NCBI GenBank assembly: GCA_026180655.1 | Contig: GCA_026180655.1_4341.1 | DNA length: 43,041 nucleotides | Reading direction: 5' to 3' (one strand) | Source of the DNA: a phage | Shown: positions 9,311 through 18,186 of the stretch, one piece after another | Layout of the letters: each line of letters begins with the position of its first letter | How positions within the stretch are numbered: position 1 is the stretch's first letter | Notes under the pieces: generated by a model | The model's input: the letters and a program-made list of their open reading frames with translations, nothing else | Database searches by the model: none | What the model was told of the DNA's origin: nothing | Program-made: the position numbers and the translations under genes

Positions 9311-10481
9311 ATGCGTAGGTGATGCGCTGGATAACAATAGACGACTGGTACTGGTTGCCTGTGGACTGCCCTTCTATACTTTGGGTAATTGATTCCGGGC
9401 CAGATATTTCTGGTGTAACCGCCGTGAGTTCCGCGCGTTTCAAACTGAAAGACATAGCCCCGTTTACCCCCGCCAGAATAGAGTTAATCTCTACCTGCTG
9501 TTCGTTGATAAACTTCTGAATCATCGCCATGTCATACAGCTTACCGGAGATGGAGAAGGTGTTAGCCGCGCGGCTACGCTCAACAAATGCAACGTTAGTG
9601 TTGCCGAGTTCGAACTGCGCAGACGCGCTGTTATCGTTGGTGATGGTCAGGCTGTCACAACGCAACGGCGTAGAACCGTCGAACACGGAAACGTCAACCG
9701 AGGAGAACGGCTCATCAGTGAAAGTCACCGTAGAGAAATCAGAGCCAGACGGCTGCGCGGCGAGAATCTCCTGACTGCGACCGATGAATGGGAAGCTGCC
9801 AGTTACCATCGCGTTAACAGCCTGTTCGATGGTAAAACCAGAAACTTCCACGCCTTTGGTAAGCGTGTACGCGTCAGCCCCGCCGCACTGGCCTTTGTAC
9901 CAGGTGAGAATAGAGAACGTCTTACACTGGCTACCGGTTTCCAGTTTGTCGCCGGTCTTAGCCGCAGTAGTGGCAGTCTCCGTGGTGAGGGTGTGCTGAA
10001 TGCCCGCACCGGTAACAACCGTAGCCGTTACCGCGGTGACGATAAACGGTTTTGCGTTGTCGCCCGTTAAGTCGGTAAACGCGATCAGGTCGCCTACTTC
10101 AACGCCATCAGAAATAAAGCTGCCATCAGCACGGGTGAACGTCTTGCCCGCTGGTGCGACGGTAATAGACAGGTCAGTCAAGGATACACCTGATTGCCAC
10201 GTAGAGCCTAAAGCACCTGCCAGCCAGTCATCCTGGCTTTTCGAACTAAGCTCGATGGCGTATTCTCCGCTAACCTGTTTGTTACCGGTGCGGATGGACG
10301 TAGTTTCACGGCTGCCGTCCAGTTCGTTGGAGGTCAGCGTGTCGCGGGTAATAGCAGGAACGCCACCTGTGTTACGCAACGGCGACCAGACAGGGTTGTC
10401 CGGGGTTACGCCAGGGGTAGTTTCCGCCACATAGAATTGCGCGGTATTAGCGCCCTTAAAAGGAGTTGTAGCCATATTCAC
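9309..10481 (-). CDS. Major tail protein, putative
   Basis: 390-aa Thr/Ser/Gly-rich ORF preceding the chaperone/tape measure block; strong terminator downstream. Confidence 0.5.
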   Translation of the reverse strand: MNMATTPFKGANTAQFYVAETTPGVTPDNPVWSPLRNTGGVPAITRDTLTSNELDGSRETTSIRTGNKQVSGEYAIELSSKSQDDWLAGALGSTWQSGVSLTDLSITVAPAGKTFTRADGSFISDGVEVGDLIAFTDLTGDNAKPFIVTAVTATVVTGAGIQHTLTTETATTAAKTGDKLETGSQCKTFSILTWYKGQCGGADAYTLTKGVEVSGFTIEQAVNAMVTGSFPFIGRSQEILAAQPSGSDFSTVTFTDEPFSSVDVSVFDGSTPLRCDSLTITNDNSASAQFELGNTNVAFVERSRAANTFSISGKLYDMAMIQKFINEQQVEINSILAGVNGAMSFSLKRAELTAVTPEISGPESITQSIEGQSTGNQYQSSIVIQRITYA

Positions 10482-10894
10482 AGCCTCTTGGTGAATGCAA
10501 TAAAGTTAATTGACAATGGTCGTTTGGCCCATCCGTTTTCTACAATCAGCGGCCCCAGGCTAACCGATTGAACCTCGGCGCAGATGTCGTTACGCGAAAA
10601 TGACTTACCTGCTTTAAACGCCGTGTTAAGTAAGTCTGCCATTTTATTGATTGGCGCGCTACCTTTCACAGATGCGTAGTTAATATCTACCTGATAGATG
10701 CCCGCGCGTTGTTCCGTGAAGAACAAATCAGCCTGTTCCGTATCTGCCAGCAACATGTAACTTGCCAGATACGGCGTATCGGTTGACGTCGGCGCGTCGA
10801 TGTTTTCAAGCGCGACCTTGATGCCGTTGGTGGTTCCGAAGGCTACCAGCTGCACATCGAACGCTTTGGTTAAGTCCTCAAAGTAGCCCATCAT
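10478..10894 (-). CDS. Tail completion/terminator protein, putative
   Basis: 138-aa ORF immediately upstream of the major tail gene, overlapping start/stop. Confidence 0.35.
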   Translation of the reverse strand: MMGYFEDLTKAFDVQLVAFGTTNGIKVALENIDAPTSTDTPYLASYMLLADTEQADLFFTEQRAGIYQVDINYASVKGSAPINKMADLLNTAFKAGKSFSRNDICAEVQSVSLGPLIVENGWAKRPLSINFIAFTKRL

Positions 10895-11286
10895 TTCACC
10901 TTGTTGGCTTCTTCGTTAATGAGTTGCTGGAAGCGAGACACGTTAGTCCTGACCATCCCGGCCGGAGCCTGTTGCGACCAGCCATACTCCAGCCGCTGTA
11001 TATACGGCAGGTTATTTGTCAGTGTGAACTCGTGCCAGTCTGTAGCGGTGTTTATAACCGCAGTAACACGCTGGATAGTAGCCGTTCCTTGTGGCGCGCC
11101 GTAGGTGGTAGTTTCCTGTGACGGAGTGCTGCCAGACGCAAACCAGTTATTTCTCGCGCGACCGGTATCAACTGGCGTCGCCTTTATGATAGCGGAAAAC
11201 AGCTTGATAGACACCTGACGCATCACCTTCTCAGGGTTCTTCTTCGCCTTTTCCACGAACTTAGAGACATCTAGCGCGAAACTCAT
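10891..11286 (-). CDS. Head-tail joining protein, possibly HK97 gp10-like
   Basis: 131 aa with PVDTGRARNNW segment reminiscent of gp10-family proteins; position in neck gene block. Confidence 0.4.
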   Translation of the reverse strand: MSFALDVSKFVEKAKKNPEKVMRQVSIKLFSAIIKATPVDTGRARNNWFASGSTPSQETTTYGAPQGTATIQRVTAVINTATDWHEFTLTNNLPYIQRLEYGWSQQAPAGMVRTNVSRFQQLINEEANKVK

Positions 11287-11696
11287 TTTCTCACCTGAAT
11301 AAAATATGCCACGACATCATCGTTAACCATCTTCTTCTCAATGGCCACGACAGACCATTGCTCGCCGCCAAATTGCACCTTGTCTTCCATCTTCGGAACG
11401 ACGCTGTAATCGGCCTTAACAATCATGTCACCTGCCTGAATCGTCGTACCGTTTACCAGTCCAGCGTTTACCGGAACCGGAACAGCCTTCAACGGCAACA
11501 CTTCATCCGCAGACCAGACGTACTCACCGAGAACTTCATCCCACACTTTCGAGCCGGTGTGAATCAGAGATACAGTGCTACCGAATTTGGTTAGCAGGCG
11601 TGTACCCACGCCTTGCATACGTTTACTGAAAGCGGTGCTCATCAGGCAGCCTCCAGTCTCGAAATAACCAGTAGTGCGGATGGTGCCGTCCCCCAT
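11283..11696 (-). CDS. Neck/head closure protein, putative
   Basis: 137-aa ORF in the head-to-tail joining block; coupled overlaps. Confidence 0.3.
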   Translation of the reverse strand: MGDGTIRTTGYFETGGCLMSTAFSKRMQGVGTRLLTKFGSTVSLIHTGSKVWDEVLGEYVWSADEVLPLKAVPVPVNAGLVNGTTIQAGDMIVKADYSVVPKMEDKVQFGGEQWSVVAIEKKMVNDDVVAYFIQVRK

Positions 11697-12256
11697 GCAG
11701 TTACAGTAGCCGCTTGCGGGTATACGCCACCAAAGTTGCTTCCTGCGCTATCCCGCATAATCTGAACGGCAAACGTCTGGCCTGAGGCTGGGTTAATAAC
11801 GACGCGGGATTCAATCGGGATTGTTACATCGGCGCTTACCAGTTTCGTGGCAGCTGGTGAGCCGTACTGAGCGCCGTTTACTAAAATACGTGATAGCAGG
11901 ATTGACGTACCACTCGCACCCGTGCGACCAGCCTGTAACTTGATGCGAACGGCGTAGTTACCCGCAGTGTTGAACGTAACCAGACCCGCCGCGTTAATCA
12001 TGACCGGGTCAGATGCGCTACCTTGTGCTGCGCCAAAGGTTAATTGCAGCGCTGTATCGACCGCGGACGGAGCCTGAACGACAGTAGACGCGGCGCGAAG
12101 CACTTCAACCTCTTTCACGCCAGGAGTGGCATAAATAGGCGAGTCCGCCATTTGGGTAAGAACGCCACGTAACTTAGCCGGGGTGATTAGTCCTGTGGTG
12201 TTATCTGGTAATTCAGACCCGATTAGCGCAAATATCTCTGTTTTAGTATTCGCCAT
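11642..12256 (-). CDS. Virion structural protein, putative
   Basis: 204-aa Ala/Thr/Gly-rich ORF between connector-like and neck genes. Confidence 0.3.
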   Translation of the reverse strand: MANTKTEIFALIGSELPDNTTGLITPAKLRGVLTQMADSPIYATPGVKEVEVLRAASTVVQAPSAVDTALQLTFGAAQGSASDPVMINAAGLVTFNTAGNYAVRIKLQAGRTGASGTSILLSRILVNGAQYGSPAATKLVSADVTIPIESRVVINPASGQTFAVQIMRDSAGSNFGGVYPQAATVTAWGTAPSALLVISRLEAA

Positions 12257-12258
12257 TT

Positions 12259-12771
12259 TTAACCACGGTACACGTTAAACGAGAAGCCATTGTTAAGGCC
12301 GCCGCAAAGAAGCGGGCGCAATGCATCATCTGCTGCGGTGATTGATGTAGTAGCGCCAGAGCTGCCGTTGTTGAAGTAGGTGACGGTTACTGCACCCTCT
12401 ACGCGCTCGGTCTGTACTGAACGTCCGTCGGAGTTAGCCCGCACCTCTGTACCCGTGCCGTATGTTACCGCAGCGATTACCTGCGCAAGAATCACCTGCT
12501 TCGGAATGACATTGTTCGATACAGGGAAACCATTCAACGTTACGCCGATGCGAGGGTACGCAAGAGACTGTTCGGCGGATACACGGCGACCGCACATCTG
12601 CGGTTCGGATAGGCCGACGTACGTAGCGCCATTTCGCAGGGCTACTTCAGCGTCAGTATCGTCGACAGGTAACTCAAGACCATAATTAGCCGCTAACGCG
12701 CGGGCGTCAGTCAGGCTAACGTAACTGTCAGCATTCGGGACTATTGAACCGTCTTCCACGATTAGCGGCAT
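12259..12771 (-). CDS. Head-tail connector/adaptor (gp6-like), putative
   Basis: 170 aa; N-terminal region (LTDARALAANYGLELPVDDTDAEVAL) resembles adaptor-protein N-termini; position after capsid genes. Confidence 0.35.
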   Translation of the reverse strand: MPLIVEDGSIVPNADSYVSLTDARALAANYGLELPVDDTDAEVALRNGATYVGLSEPQMCGRRVSAEQSLAYPRIGVTLNGFPVSNNVIPKQVILAQVIAAVTYGTGTEVRANSDGRSVQTERVEGAVTVTYFNNGSSGATTSITAADDALRPLLCGGLNNGFSFNVYRG

Positions 12772-12774
12772 AAA

Positions 12775-12954
12775 TTATTCCTCTGACTTGCGGCGACGAC
12801 GTTTAGTACCACCGCCGTTGTTGTGCGCTTCTTCGTTATCCGGTTGCGTTGCTACAAGCTCATCCGCTTCTACAACACCGCGAACGGGCATCACCTGACC
12901 ATCAACCATATCAACGTGGGTGTACTTTTCGCGGATTACATAATTATCTGCCAT
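12775..12954 (-). CDS. Small protein (59 aa) with basic C-terminal tail
   Basis: ATG at 12954, stop TAA at 12777-12775; ends ...GGGTKRRRRKSEE; below the ORF-track length cutoff. Confidence 0.25.
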   Translation of the reverse strand: MADNYVIREKYTHVDMVDGQVMPVRGVVEADELVATQPDNEEAHNNGGGTKRRRRKSEE

Positions 12955-12990
12955 GACCTTTCCTTATTACGGCCCCGAAGGGCCGTTGTA

Positions 12991-13332
12991 TTAAGACACA
13001 GTTGCTACGGTGCTGCTGGAGATAATATTACCATATACGTCGTGAACAACCACTTTATACGTACCGGAATCGGCGGCAGTAGTGGACGCCTTCGCATAGG
13101 AAGCAGCGTTTGCGCCAGCGATAGCGTTGTTATCCTTGTACCACTGGTAGGTGTACGGAGCCAGACCGCCGGTAACAACTACGGTCAGTGTCATAGTCTG
13201 ACTGGCTGTAACTGCTGTGGTAGCGTTCAGTGCGGTAGAAAAAGACGCTGGCGAGATATTTGCCATATCGATTTTAGCACCAACGGTATCGGCGGACACA
13301 CCGGTAATACGACGTTTGAGTACATCAACCAT
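12991..13332 (-). CDS. Ig-like domain protein (capsid or tail decoration), putative
   Basis: 113 aa with bacterial Ig-like signature (LAPYTYQWYKDNNAI...GTYKVVV). Confidence 0.4.
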   Translation of the reverse strand: MVDVLKRRITGVSADTVGAKIDMANISPASFSTALNATTAVTASQTMTLTVVVTGGLAPYTYQWYKDNNAIAGANAASYAKASTTAADSGTYKVVVHDVYGNIISSSTVATVS

Positions 13333-13344
13333 GTTAAATCTCCT

Positions 13345-13599
13345 TTACGATTCAATTACGCCAGCGGCGCGGAGTTGCGCCAGAAGTGCGTTTAGTTTAG
13401 TGCCTACGGCGTTAACCGCGGTCTGTGCGGACGTAGCAACTGCGCCGGCGTCTTCACCAGTAACGGTTTGCGTACCGATGTTCGTTACGGCAGCACCTTT
13501 CTTAACCAGTCCAGCGGTTTCTGCCGTTGCTTCCGGCACAACACTACTGAAATCAGTGTTCTCAAGGCTGCGGGGCAAGCCTTTTCCGGTCTTAGCCAT
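13345..13599 (-). CDS. Small virion-associated protein, putative
   Basis: 84-aa Ala/Thr/Gly-rich ORF just downstream of the capsid gene terminator. Confidence 0.3.
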   Translation of the reverse strand: MAKTGKGLPRSLENTDFSSVVPEATAETAGLVKKGAAVTNIGTQTVTGEDAGAVATSAQTAVNAVGTKLNALLAQLRAAGVIES

Positions 13600-13611
13600 A
13601 ATTTACCTCTT

Positions 13612-13642
13612 AGTAAATGAAAAGAGGGACCGAAGTCCCTCT
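13612..13642 (-). terminator. Rho-independent terminator after major capsid gene
   Basis: AGAGGGAC-CGAA-GTCCCTCT hairpin followed on the minus strand by TTTTCATTT. Confidence 0.55.
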
Positions 13643-13652
13643 CGATTATATC

Positions 13653-14708
13653 TTAACCTTGAGACCCTACACCAGTTACCAGGAAGGCAATCGGTACGTG
13701 CTTACGGTCAACAACGCGGTTCCAGTTGGAGGCGTTTGCCAGGTCCTGCCAGGAAGCGGAACGCGCTACAGTCTCGGTGCCGTTGCCGGTGATTACCGCG
13801 CTGGTGAAGCTGTATCCCAGCGGGTGCAGCAACCATGTCTTACGGGTCCAGAGGGTTTCAACGCCACCACCGTTACCGCGAGACGCTTCGCGCTCGTATT
13901 CCAGCGGGTTAGACGGATTTCCTTCGCCATAACCGATAGCGCCGTTGCCGAAGATGATGGAGATGAACTTGCGGCTGCCGCCGGAGCCGACTACGGTCAT
14001 GCTGTCGTCAACAATCACACGGTAGCCCTGGTAGGTGGCGAACAAGGTGTCGTTGTCGGCGTCTTTGATGAAGTCGATAAGCTGCTGCTTACGTGCCTGC
14101 GCATAAACGAAGCTGTGCATAGCGATAGCACCCAGCACCTCTCCACCGTTGCCCATCAGCGCATCGCCCATAGTCTGGGTAGCGTCGATGAACGCACCTG
14201 CGTCGAAGCCCAGAGTAGCAGACACGTCGATAACCATGTCGTTCTGCTCGTGGTAAGCATCGGTAGCAGCTACGTTGTCGTTGTACAGACCGAGCGCAGT
14301 AGCAATCAGACGGCGTTGTGCCTGGCGCTGCCAGAAGTTATCCAGACGGGACGCTACGGATTGCAGCGGGTTCTGGCTTGTCAGCTCAACCGTCAAATCC
14401 GCCTGACCGAAACCTTCGTTCAGGTACGCAACGCGGGCCATCATCTCGCCTGTCTGCACATTACGCGGGGTTGCGATGTCCTGATATACGTCGTTCGAGT
14501 AGTTAGGCTCGATAGACGTATCAATCGCTTTCCAGAAAGGGATGTTGGCGATGTTGGACGGGCCGCGAGCAATCTCGGCAGCGTACGGAGTCGGGGTCAG
14601 AATGCCGGACTGGAAGAACGCGGTTTTTTCTACCGGGTCCTCGGTCATATAAGACGCCAGGACCGGGATGTTGCCAGTTACGATATCACCGATAGTGGTA
14701 ATTGCCAT
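13653..14708 (-). CDS. Major capsid protein
   Basis: 351-aa ORF directly after the scaffold gene and before a strong terminator; size and position typical of HK97-fold capsid proteins. Confidence 0.65.
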   Translation of the reverse strand: MAITTIGDIVTGNIPVLASYMTEDPVEKTAFFQSGILTPTPYAAEIARGPSNIANIPFWKAIDTSIEPNYSNDVYQDIATPRNVQTGEMMARVAYLNEGFGQADLTVELTSQNPLQSVASRLDNFWQRQAQRRLIATALGLYNDNVAATDAYHEQNDMVIDVSATLGFDAGAFIDATQTMGDALMGNGGEVLGAIAMHSFVYAQARKQQLIDFIKDADNDTLFATYQGYRVIVDDSMTVVGSGGSRKFISIIFGNGAIGYGEGNPSNPLEYEREASRGNGGGVETLWTRKTWLLHPLGYSFTSAVITGNGTETVARSASWQDLANASNWNRVVDRKHVPIAFLVTGVGSQG

Positions 14709-14710
14709 TA

Positions 14711-15412
14711 TTATTTCCTCAGGGCTTTAAGTTGCCGTTCAAATTCGGCAGGGTTCGATTTATACAGAGCTAAACGCTCCGCTTCACTCATGTCTTTAAA
14801 CGCTGGTGCGGCCCCGCCGCCTTTGCCACCGGAAGCCCCGCCGCCGGAAGCTGCATTTGCTTTAATCAAATGCGAAAACGCTTTGTGCTCGCGCAAGTAT
14901 TTGCGGAACTGTTCTGGGTCAGTCGTGATTACGTTACCATCTGCGCCAACAAACTTAGTAACCACGTCATCGCCTTCAAACTCAGTCTTAACGAACGGTG
15001 CAAGAATGTCCACTGCTTCCGGGGTAATAAAGTCACCCGCGAAAGAGCCTAACACCGCCTTACGTTCGCTGCCGAGGATGCGCTCTGCCATTTTAGAGAT
15101 GCGGCCGTCTTTCTCGGCTAACACCGGGTCATACTGGCTACGAATCGTTTTTTCGAACTCGTCCATCTTACCGGCGGCTTTTAACGCCTCCTGGTGTGCG
15201 CGCTGCCGTTCTTCTTCGGCCTCTCTTGCTTTACGAGCGGCTTCTTTCTTCTCCGCGAGCAAGGCTTCTTGATTGGCCTTAAGCCCGGCAACTTCTTTCT
15301 CAATCAGCGCCTGAACTTCTTCAGCGGTGAACATTTTCGGCGTGTCACCGCCGCCAGATTTACCTTCTGCCCCAGCTTCTTCCTGGAACGGATAACGTAA
15401 AAAACGATTCAT
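14711..15412 (-). CDS. Capsid scaffolding protein
   Basis: ATG at 15412 with AGGGGA RBS; Ala/Glu/Lys-rich coiled-coil sequence, Gly-rich tract (GGGASGGKGGG); immediately upstream of capsid gene. Confidence 0.5.
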   Translation of the reverse strand: MNRFLRYPFQEEAGAEGKSGGGDTPKMFTAEEVQALIEKEVAGLKANQEALLAEKKEAARKAREAEEERQRAHQEALKAAGKMDEFEKTIRSQYDPVLAEKDGRISKMAERILGSERKAVLGSFAGDFITPEAVDILAPFVKTEFEGDDVVTKFVGADGNVITTDPEQFRKYLREHKAFSHLIKANAASGGGASGGKGGGAAPAFKDMSEAERLALYKSNPAEFERQLKALRK

Positions 15413-15494
15413 AGTCAGTATGTCCCCTGGACGTTGGAACCCGGGCCACCCGGATTTACATGTCAAGAATAAATTATTCCAACATGCAAGGCAA

Positions 15495-15758
15495 CTATTC
15501 CAGAATATTCCTCACGTAATCCTGCAACATGAACACTTTCAGCCTCAGTTGCCGTACGCATTCGGTGTTCTGAACGTCTATGGCTAAATCCTCGTCAGCG
15601 TCGCTACTTGGCGCTGCCAGTTTGCACGGCGGCTGCATCATCGTCGTATCCGGGGATGGAATTGGCGTTGGCGATGGCACGGGACTTGAGCAGGACGCGA
15701 GCATCGTCGAAAGTGCACACGCTGCGACCAGGCGTTTTAATGTACTTAACGACTTCAC
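15495..15758 (-). CDS. Outer-membrane lipoprotein, Rz1-like o-spanin candidate
   Basis: GTG start; signal peptide with lipobox LASC (MKSLSTLKRLVAACALSTMLASC), Pro-rich mature part (SPVPSPTPIPSP); starts inside the Rz-like ORF in another frame and extends beyond it. Confidence 0.45.
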   Translation of the reverse strand: MKSLSTLKRLVAACALSTMLASCSSPVPSPTPIPSPDTTMMQPPCKLAAPSSDADEDLAIDVQNTECVRQLRLKVFMLQDYVRNILE

Positions 15759-15990
15759 GGGTAATAACCTCTGATTTCGTCTTGCCTTCGTTGTCAGCGG
15801 CTGCGGCCTTCGATTCGTCCTGCTGCTGCCGTTGTGTTTTCTTCGCTAACTCGGCCTGCGCTTTCTGCTGTTGTTGCGAAACGAGATTAGCCCGGCCTTC
15901 GTTCCAGCCGCTGCGATACTGATAAATGCCGTGTGCGTAAGCCAGGATGATGAAACATGCTCCAGCTACGACAGTTGCTTTAAGATTCAT
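15604..15990 (-). CDS. Rz-like i-spanin candidate
   Basis: N-terminal TM helix (ATVVAGACFIILAYAHGIY), Gln/Lys/Ala-rich coiled coil, C-terminal KTPGRSVCTFDDARVLL resembling T7 gp18.5-type Rz proteins; AGGAG RBS. Confidence 0.45.
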   Translation of the reverse strand: MNLKATVVAGACFIILAYAHGIYQYRSGWNEGRANLVSQQQQKAQAELAKKTQRQQQDESKAAAADNEGKTKSEVITREVVKYIKTPGRSVCTFDDARVLLKSRAIANANSIPGYDDDAAAVQTGSAK

Positions 15991-16309
15991 GTTTCTCCTT
16001 TCTCGATAAGTAAAGCCCCGCCTTAAAGCGGGGCGCTAGTCCTTATCATTTAAACACAGAAACGGCGTAATCTCAGTAAACCAGTTACTTTTTACACAAG
16101 CAATAGAGTATGGCCCTTCCTAACGCGTCAGCGTAACTACACTCATGACTTACGTCCCGCTCCGTTACCTGCCCGCGCCGCGGTCGCTTGTTCATACTTC
16201 ACAAGCTCAGGTGGAGCTTAGCATATTTTCAGTGAAAAGTCAACTATTCGAATAGTTTATTCCAACATTTACAATTTAGTGGAATAACTGGAATACATAA
16301 CCAAATAGT

Positions 16310-16345
16310 TTGCGCACCCCAATATAATAGGGTACTATTCAGTTA
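16310..16345 (+). promoter_or_regulatory. Conserved promoter-like element, class A copy 2 (TTGCGCACCCC-AATATAATAG-GGTA-CTATTCA)
   Basis: TATAAT 16323-16328; palindrome AATAG-N4-CTATT at 16326-16339; gene start 28 nt downstream. Confidence 0.45.
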
Positions 16346-16372
16346 TTGAAACGAGAGATAAGGAACTTAAAG

Positions 16373-16585
16373 ATGAAAGAATTAATTATCGCGGTATTGA
16401 TGACATTGGCAGTTTCACTGGTAATCGCTGCTGTGGTACGTAGCTTAGATAAACACGGGTGCGAGAACTACGGAGATATCACAGGCCGAGAGGTAATGTA
16501 TAGTTACACAACTTGTTATGTAAAAACTGATAGGGGGTTTATCCCCCGTGAAGAACTTAATTTTAGAGCAGCGACACATGAATAA
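16373..16585 (+). CDS. Small membrane-anchored protein (moron), unknown function
   Basis: ATG 16373 with AAGGA RBS; N-terminal TM helix (LIIAVLMTLAVSLVIAAVV), 4 Cys in extracytoplasmic part; own promoter-like element and terminator; opposite strand to capsid module. Confidence 0.4.
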   Translation: MKELIIAVLMTLAVSLVIAAVVRSLDKHGCENYGDITGREVMYSYTTCYVKTDRGFIPREELNFRAATHE

Positions 16586-16587
16586 AA

Positions 16588-16613
16588 CTAAGGCCCCGTA
16601 AGGGGCCTTTTAT
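16588..16613. terminator. Bidirectional rho-independent terminator
   Basis: AAGGCCCC-GTAA-GGGGCCTT hairpin with flanking T/A runs. Confidence 0.55.
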
Positions 16614-17074
16614 CATTCTGGCTTAGTGACCTTCGCCGCTTTGCTAACTGCCTCTACACCATCGGCATCGGTAACTTTAACGAAGTATTCACCGACCGCG
16701 TTAACCGTCAGAGACAAAGCCTCTTCTGGAGCGTTGACCACTTCCTTCCCGTCTTTGTACCAGGTCAGAGCATACGGCGCTTTACCCGCTTTAACTTCGA
16801 CAGTGATAGTTGCGCTGCCGTCTGCCAGTTCAGCGTCCTGCGGTTGCGCAGAGAAATACACGTCGCCAGCATCAGCCAGATACGGAATTTCATAAAGCAT
16901 ACCCGCCGCTGGCAGCGCAATACCAGTTTTATACGCAAACGGCATATCGTCTACCGGTGTGCCTAGTACACTTTCATCCTCAATAAATACCACGTTCTCG
17001 CCAGAGCCAGACACACGGGCATACTGGACTACGCGGCGCGCAGGTACATCAGTTACTTTGAAAAAGCCCATCAT
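16613..17074 (-). CDS. Ig-like domain protein, capsid-associated, putative
   Basis: 153 aa; C-terminal Ig-like segment (ATITVEVKAGKAPYALTWYKDGKEV...GEYFVKVTD); follows head morphogenesis gene. Confidence 0.35.
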   Translation of the reverse strand: MMGFFKVTDVPARRVVQYARVSGSGENVVFIEDESVLGTPVDDMPFAYKTGIALPAAGMLYEIPYLADAGDVYFSAQPQDAELADGSATITVEVKAGKAPYALTWYKDGKEVVNAPEEALSLTVNAVGEYFVKVTDADGVEAVSKAAKVTKPE

Positions 17075-18150
17075 TATTCCCCTTTCAGATAATCAGCAAC
17101 ACGTTTATCGAGTTCCGCCATCTCTCTAATAGTCAGCGGACTCCCGAAACCATCTACAGATATTACGCGAAACTCTCCCGGCGATATACCGCTGTTGCGG
17201 AAAATCTTACCGCGAACAGGGCCGAGCGCTTCATCCACAAACCATGCCGGTTGTTGTTTCAGGAACTCGTAATAGGTGGTGTCTGCGCTTACCTGGGTAC
17301 CGCCGTCAGCGCCCTTAGCCGCGCGTTTCTCCCCTTTATCGAGGAAGTCGAACTCTGAACTGATTACCGGGGCCGTGCACGACCGACAATTCGGATGGGC
17401 AGGGGGCATAGGCCCTTTACCAATTTCCCATGCCATTCCGTCTCTGGCTCTGCAAATCGTACTGGTACGGCTGTCCAGCGTTGACACCCATTCGTATTTC
17501 TCGATGATGTCGTCGTTCTGACGGTACGTCTCGTTGCGGGCTTCGTTGGATACATGAGACAGCGCGGTGCGGATTACAGTAGCTGCGTTACGCTCAGAGA
17601 TGTCGGCCAGGCCGCCAGCGCCAACAACATTCTTAACAATCTGCCGTGTTGTCTGGCCTTGTACGAACCCCATCTTAACGCCCGTTACAAGACGGGCGAC
17701 TTCGGTTTCACCCCAGCCATCCATCAGCTTAGTGAAATCAACTGGCTTGTCACTTAACGCCAGTGGTTGAAACACGGCGGCAGACCACACCTGCTCAGCT
17801 GTCGGGGTAACAAATTCAGCGTTGACGTTAGCCGTGAGTGTTTTCACATTCCACTCGGCTTCATACGCAGCCAGTTCCTTAAGGTCTTCTGTCAGCTTCG
17901 TTTGCCAGTCGCCCGTAAGCCCTGTCAGTGCTTCTTCCAGGTCGCGTAACAGTTTATTCAGCCGCGCGGTGCTTCGCCCGTCGTCACCGAATAACAGCAC
18001 CTGCCGTTTGATTTCGTCCCGCATTTCCTGAAGAAACGGCGCAAGGTCTTTCACCTCACCGGATGCGGTGCGTTGCAGCCATATCTGGTGGCTGATTAGG
18101 GATGTAAGTAAGCTCATAGATAAACCCTGTGGTGCTAAAGTTAATAGCAT
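17074..18150 (-). CDS. Head morphogenesis / minor capsid protein (SPP1 gp7 / Mu F-like), putative
   Basis: 358-aa ORF directly downstream of the portal gene, the conserved position of this family. Confidence 0.5.
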   Translation of the reverse strand: MLLTLAPQGLSMSLLTSLISHQIWLQRTASGEVKDLAPFLQEMRDEIKRQVLLFGDDGRSTARLNKLLRDLEEALTGLTGDWQTKLTEDLKELAAYEAEWNVKTLTANVNAEFVTPTAEQVWSAAVFQPLALSDKPVDFTKLMDGWGETEVARLVTGVKMGFVQGQTTRQIVKNVVGAGGLADISERNAATVIRTALSHVSNEARNETYRQNDDIIEKYEWVSTLDSRTSTICRARDGMAWEIGKGPMPPAHPNCRSCTAPVISSEFDFLDKGEKRAAKGADGGTQVSADTTYYEFLKQQPAWFVDEALGPVRGKIFRNSGISPGEFRVISVDGFGSPLTIREMAELDKRVADYLKGE

Positions 18151-18186
18151 ACTATAAGAAAGCCCCTTTCGGGGCTATATGAGAAC

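Noticed and set aside
13617-15272. 551-aa plus-strand ORF spanning the capsid/scaffold region
   Set aside because: Antisense to the well-supported major capsid and scaffold genes, no RBS, low-complexity Arg/Ser/Ala-rich translation; treated as a chance open frame
15991-16040. Hairpin just upstream of the Rz-like gene as a terminator
   Set aside because: Not followed by a T-run on the minus strand; more likely an RNA structural element or protein-binding site, so not annotated as a terminator
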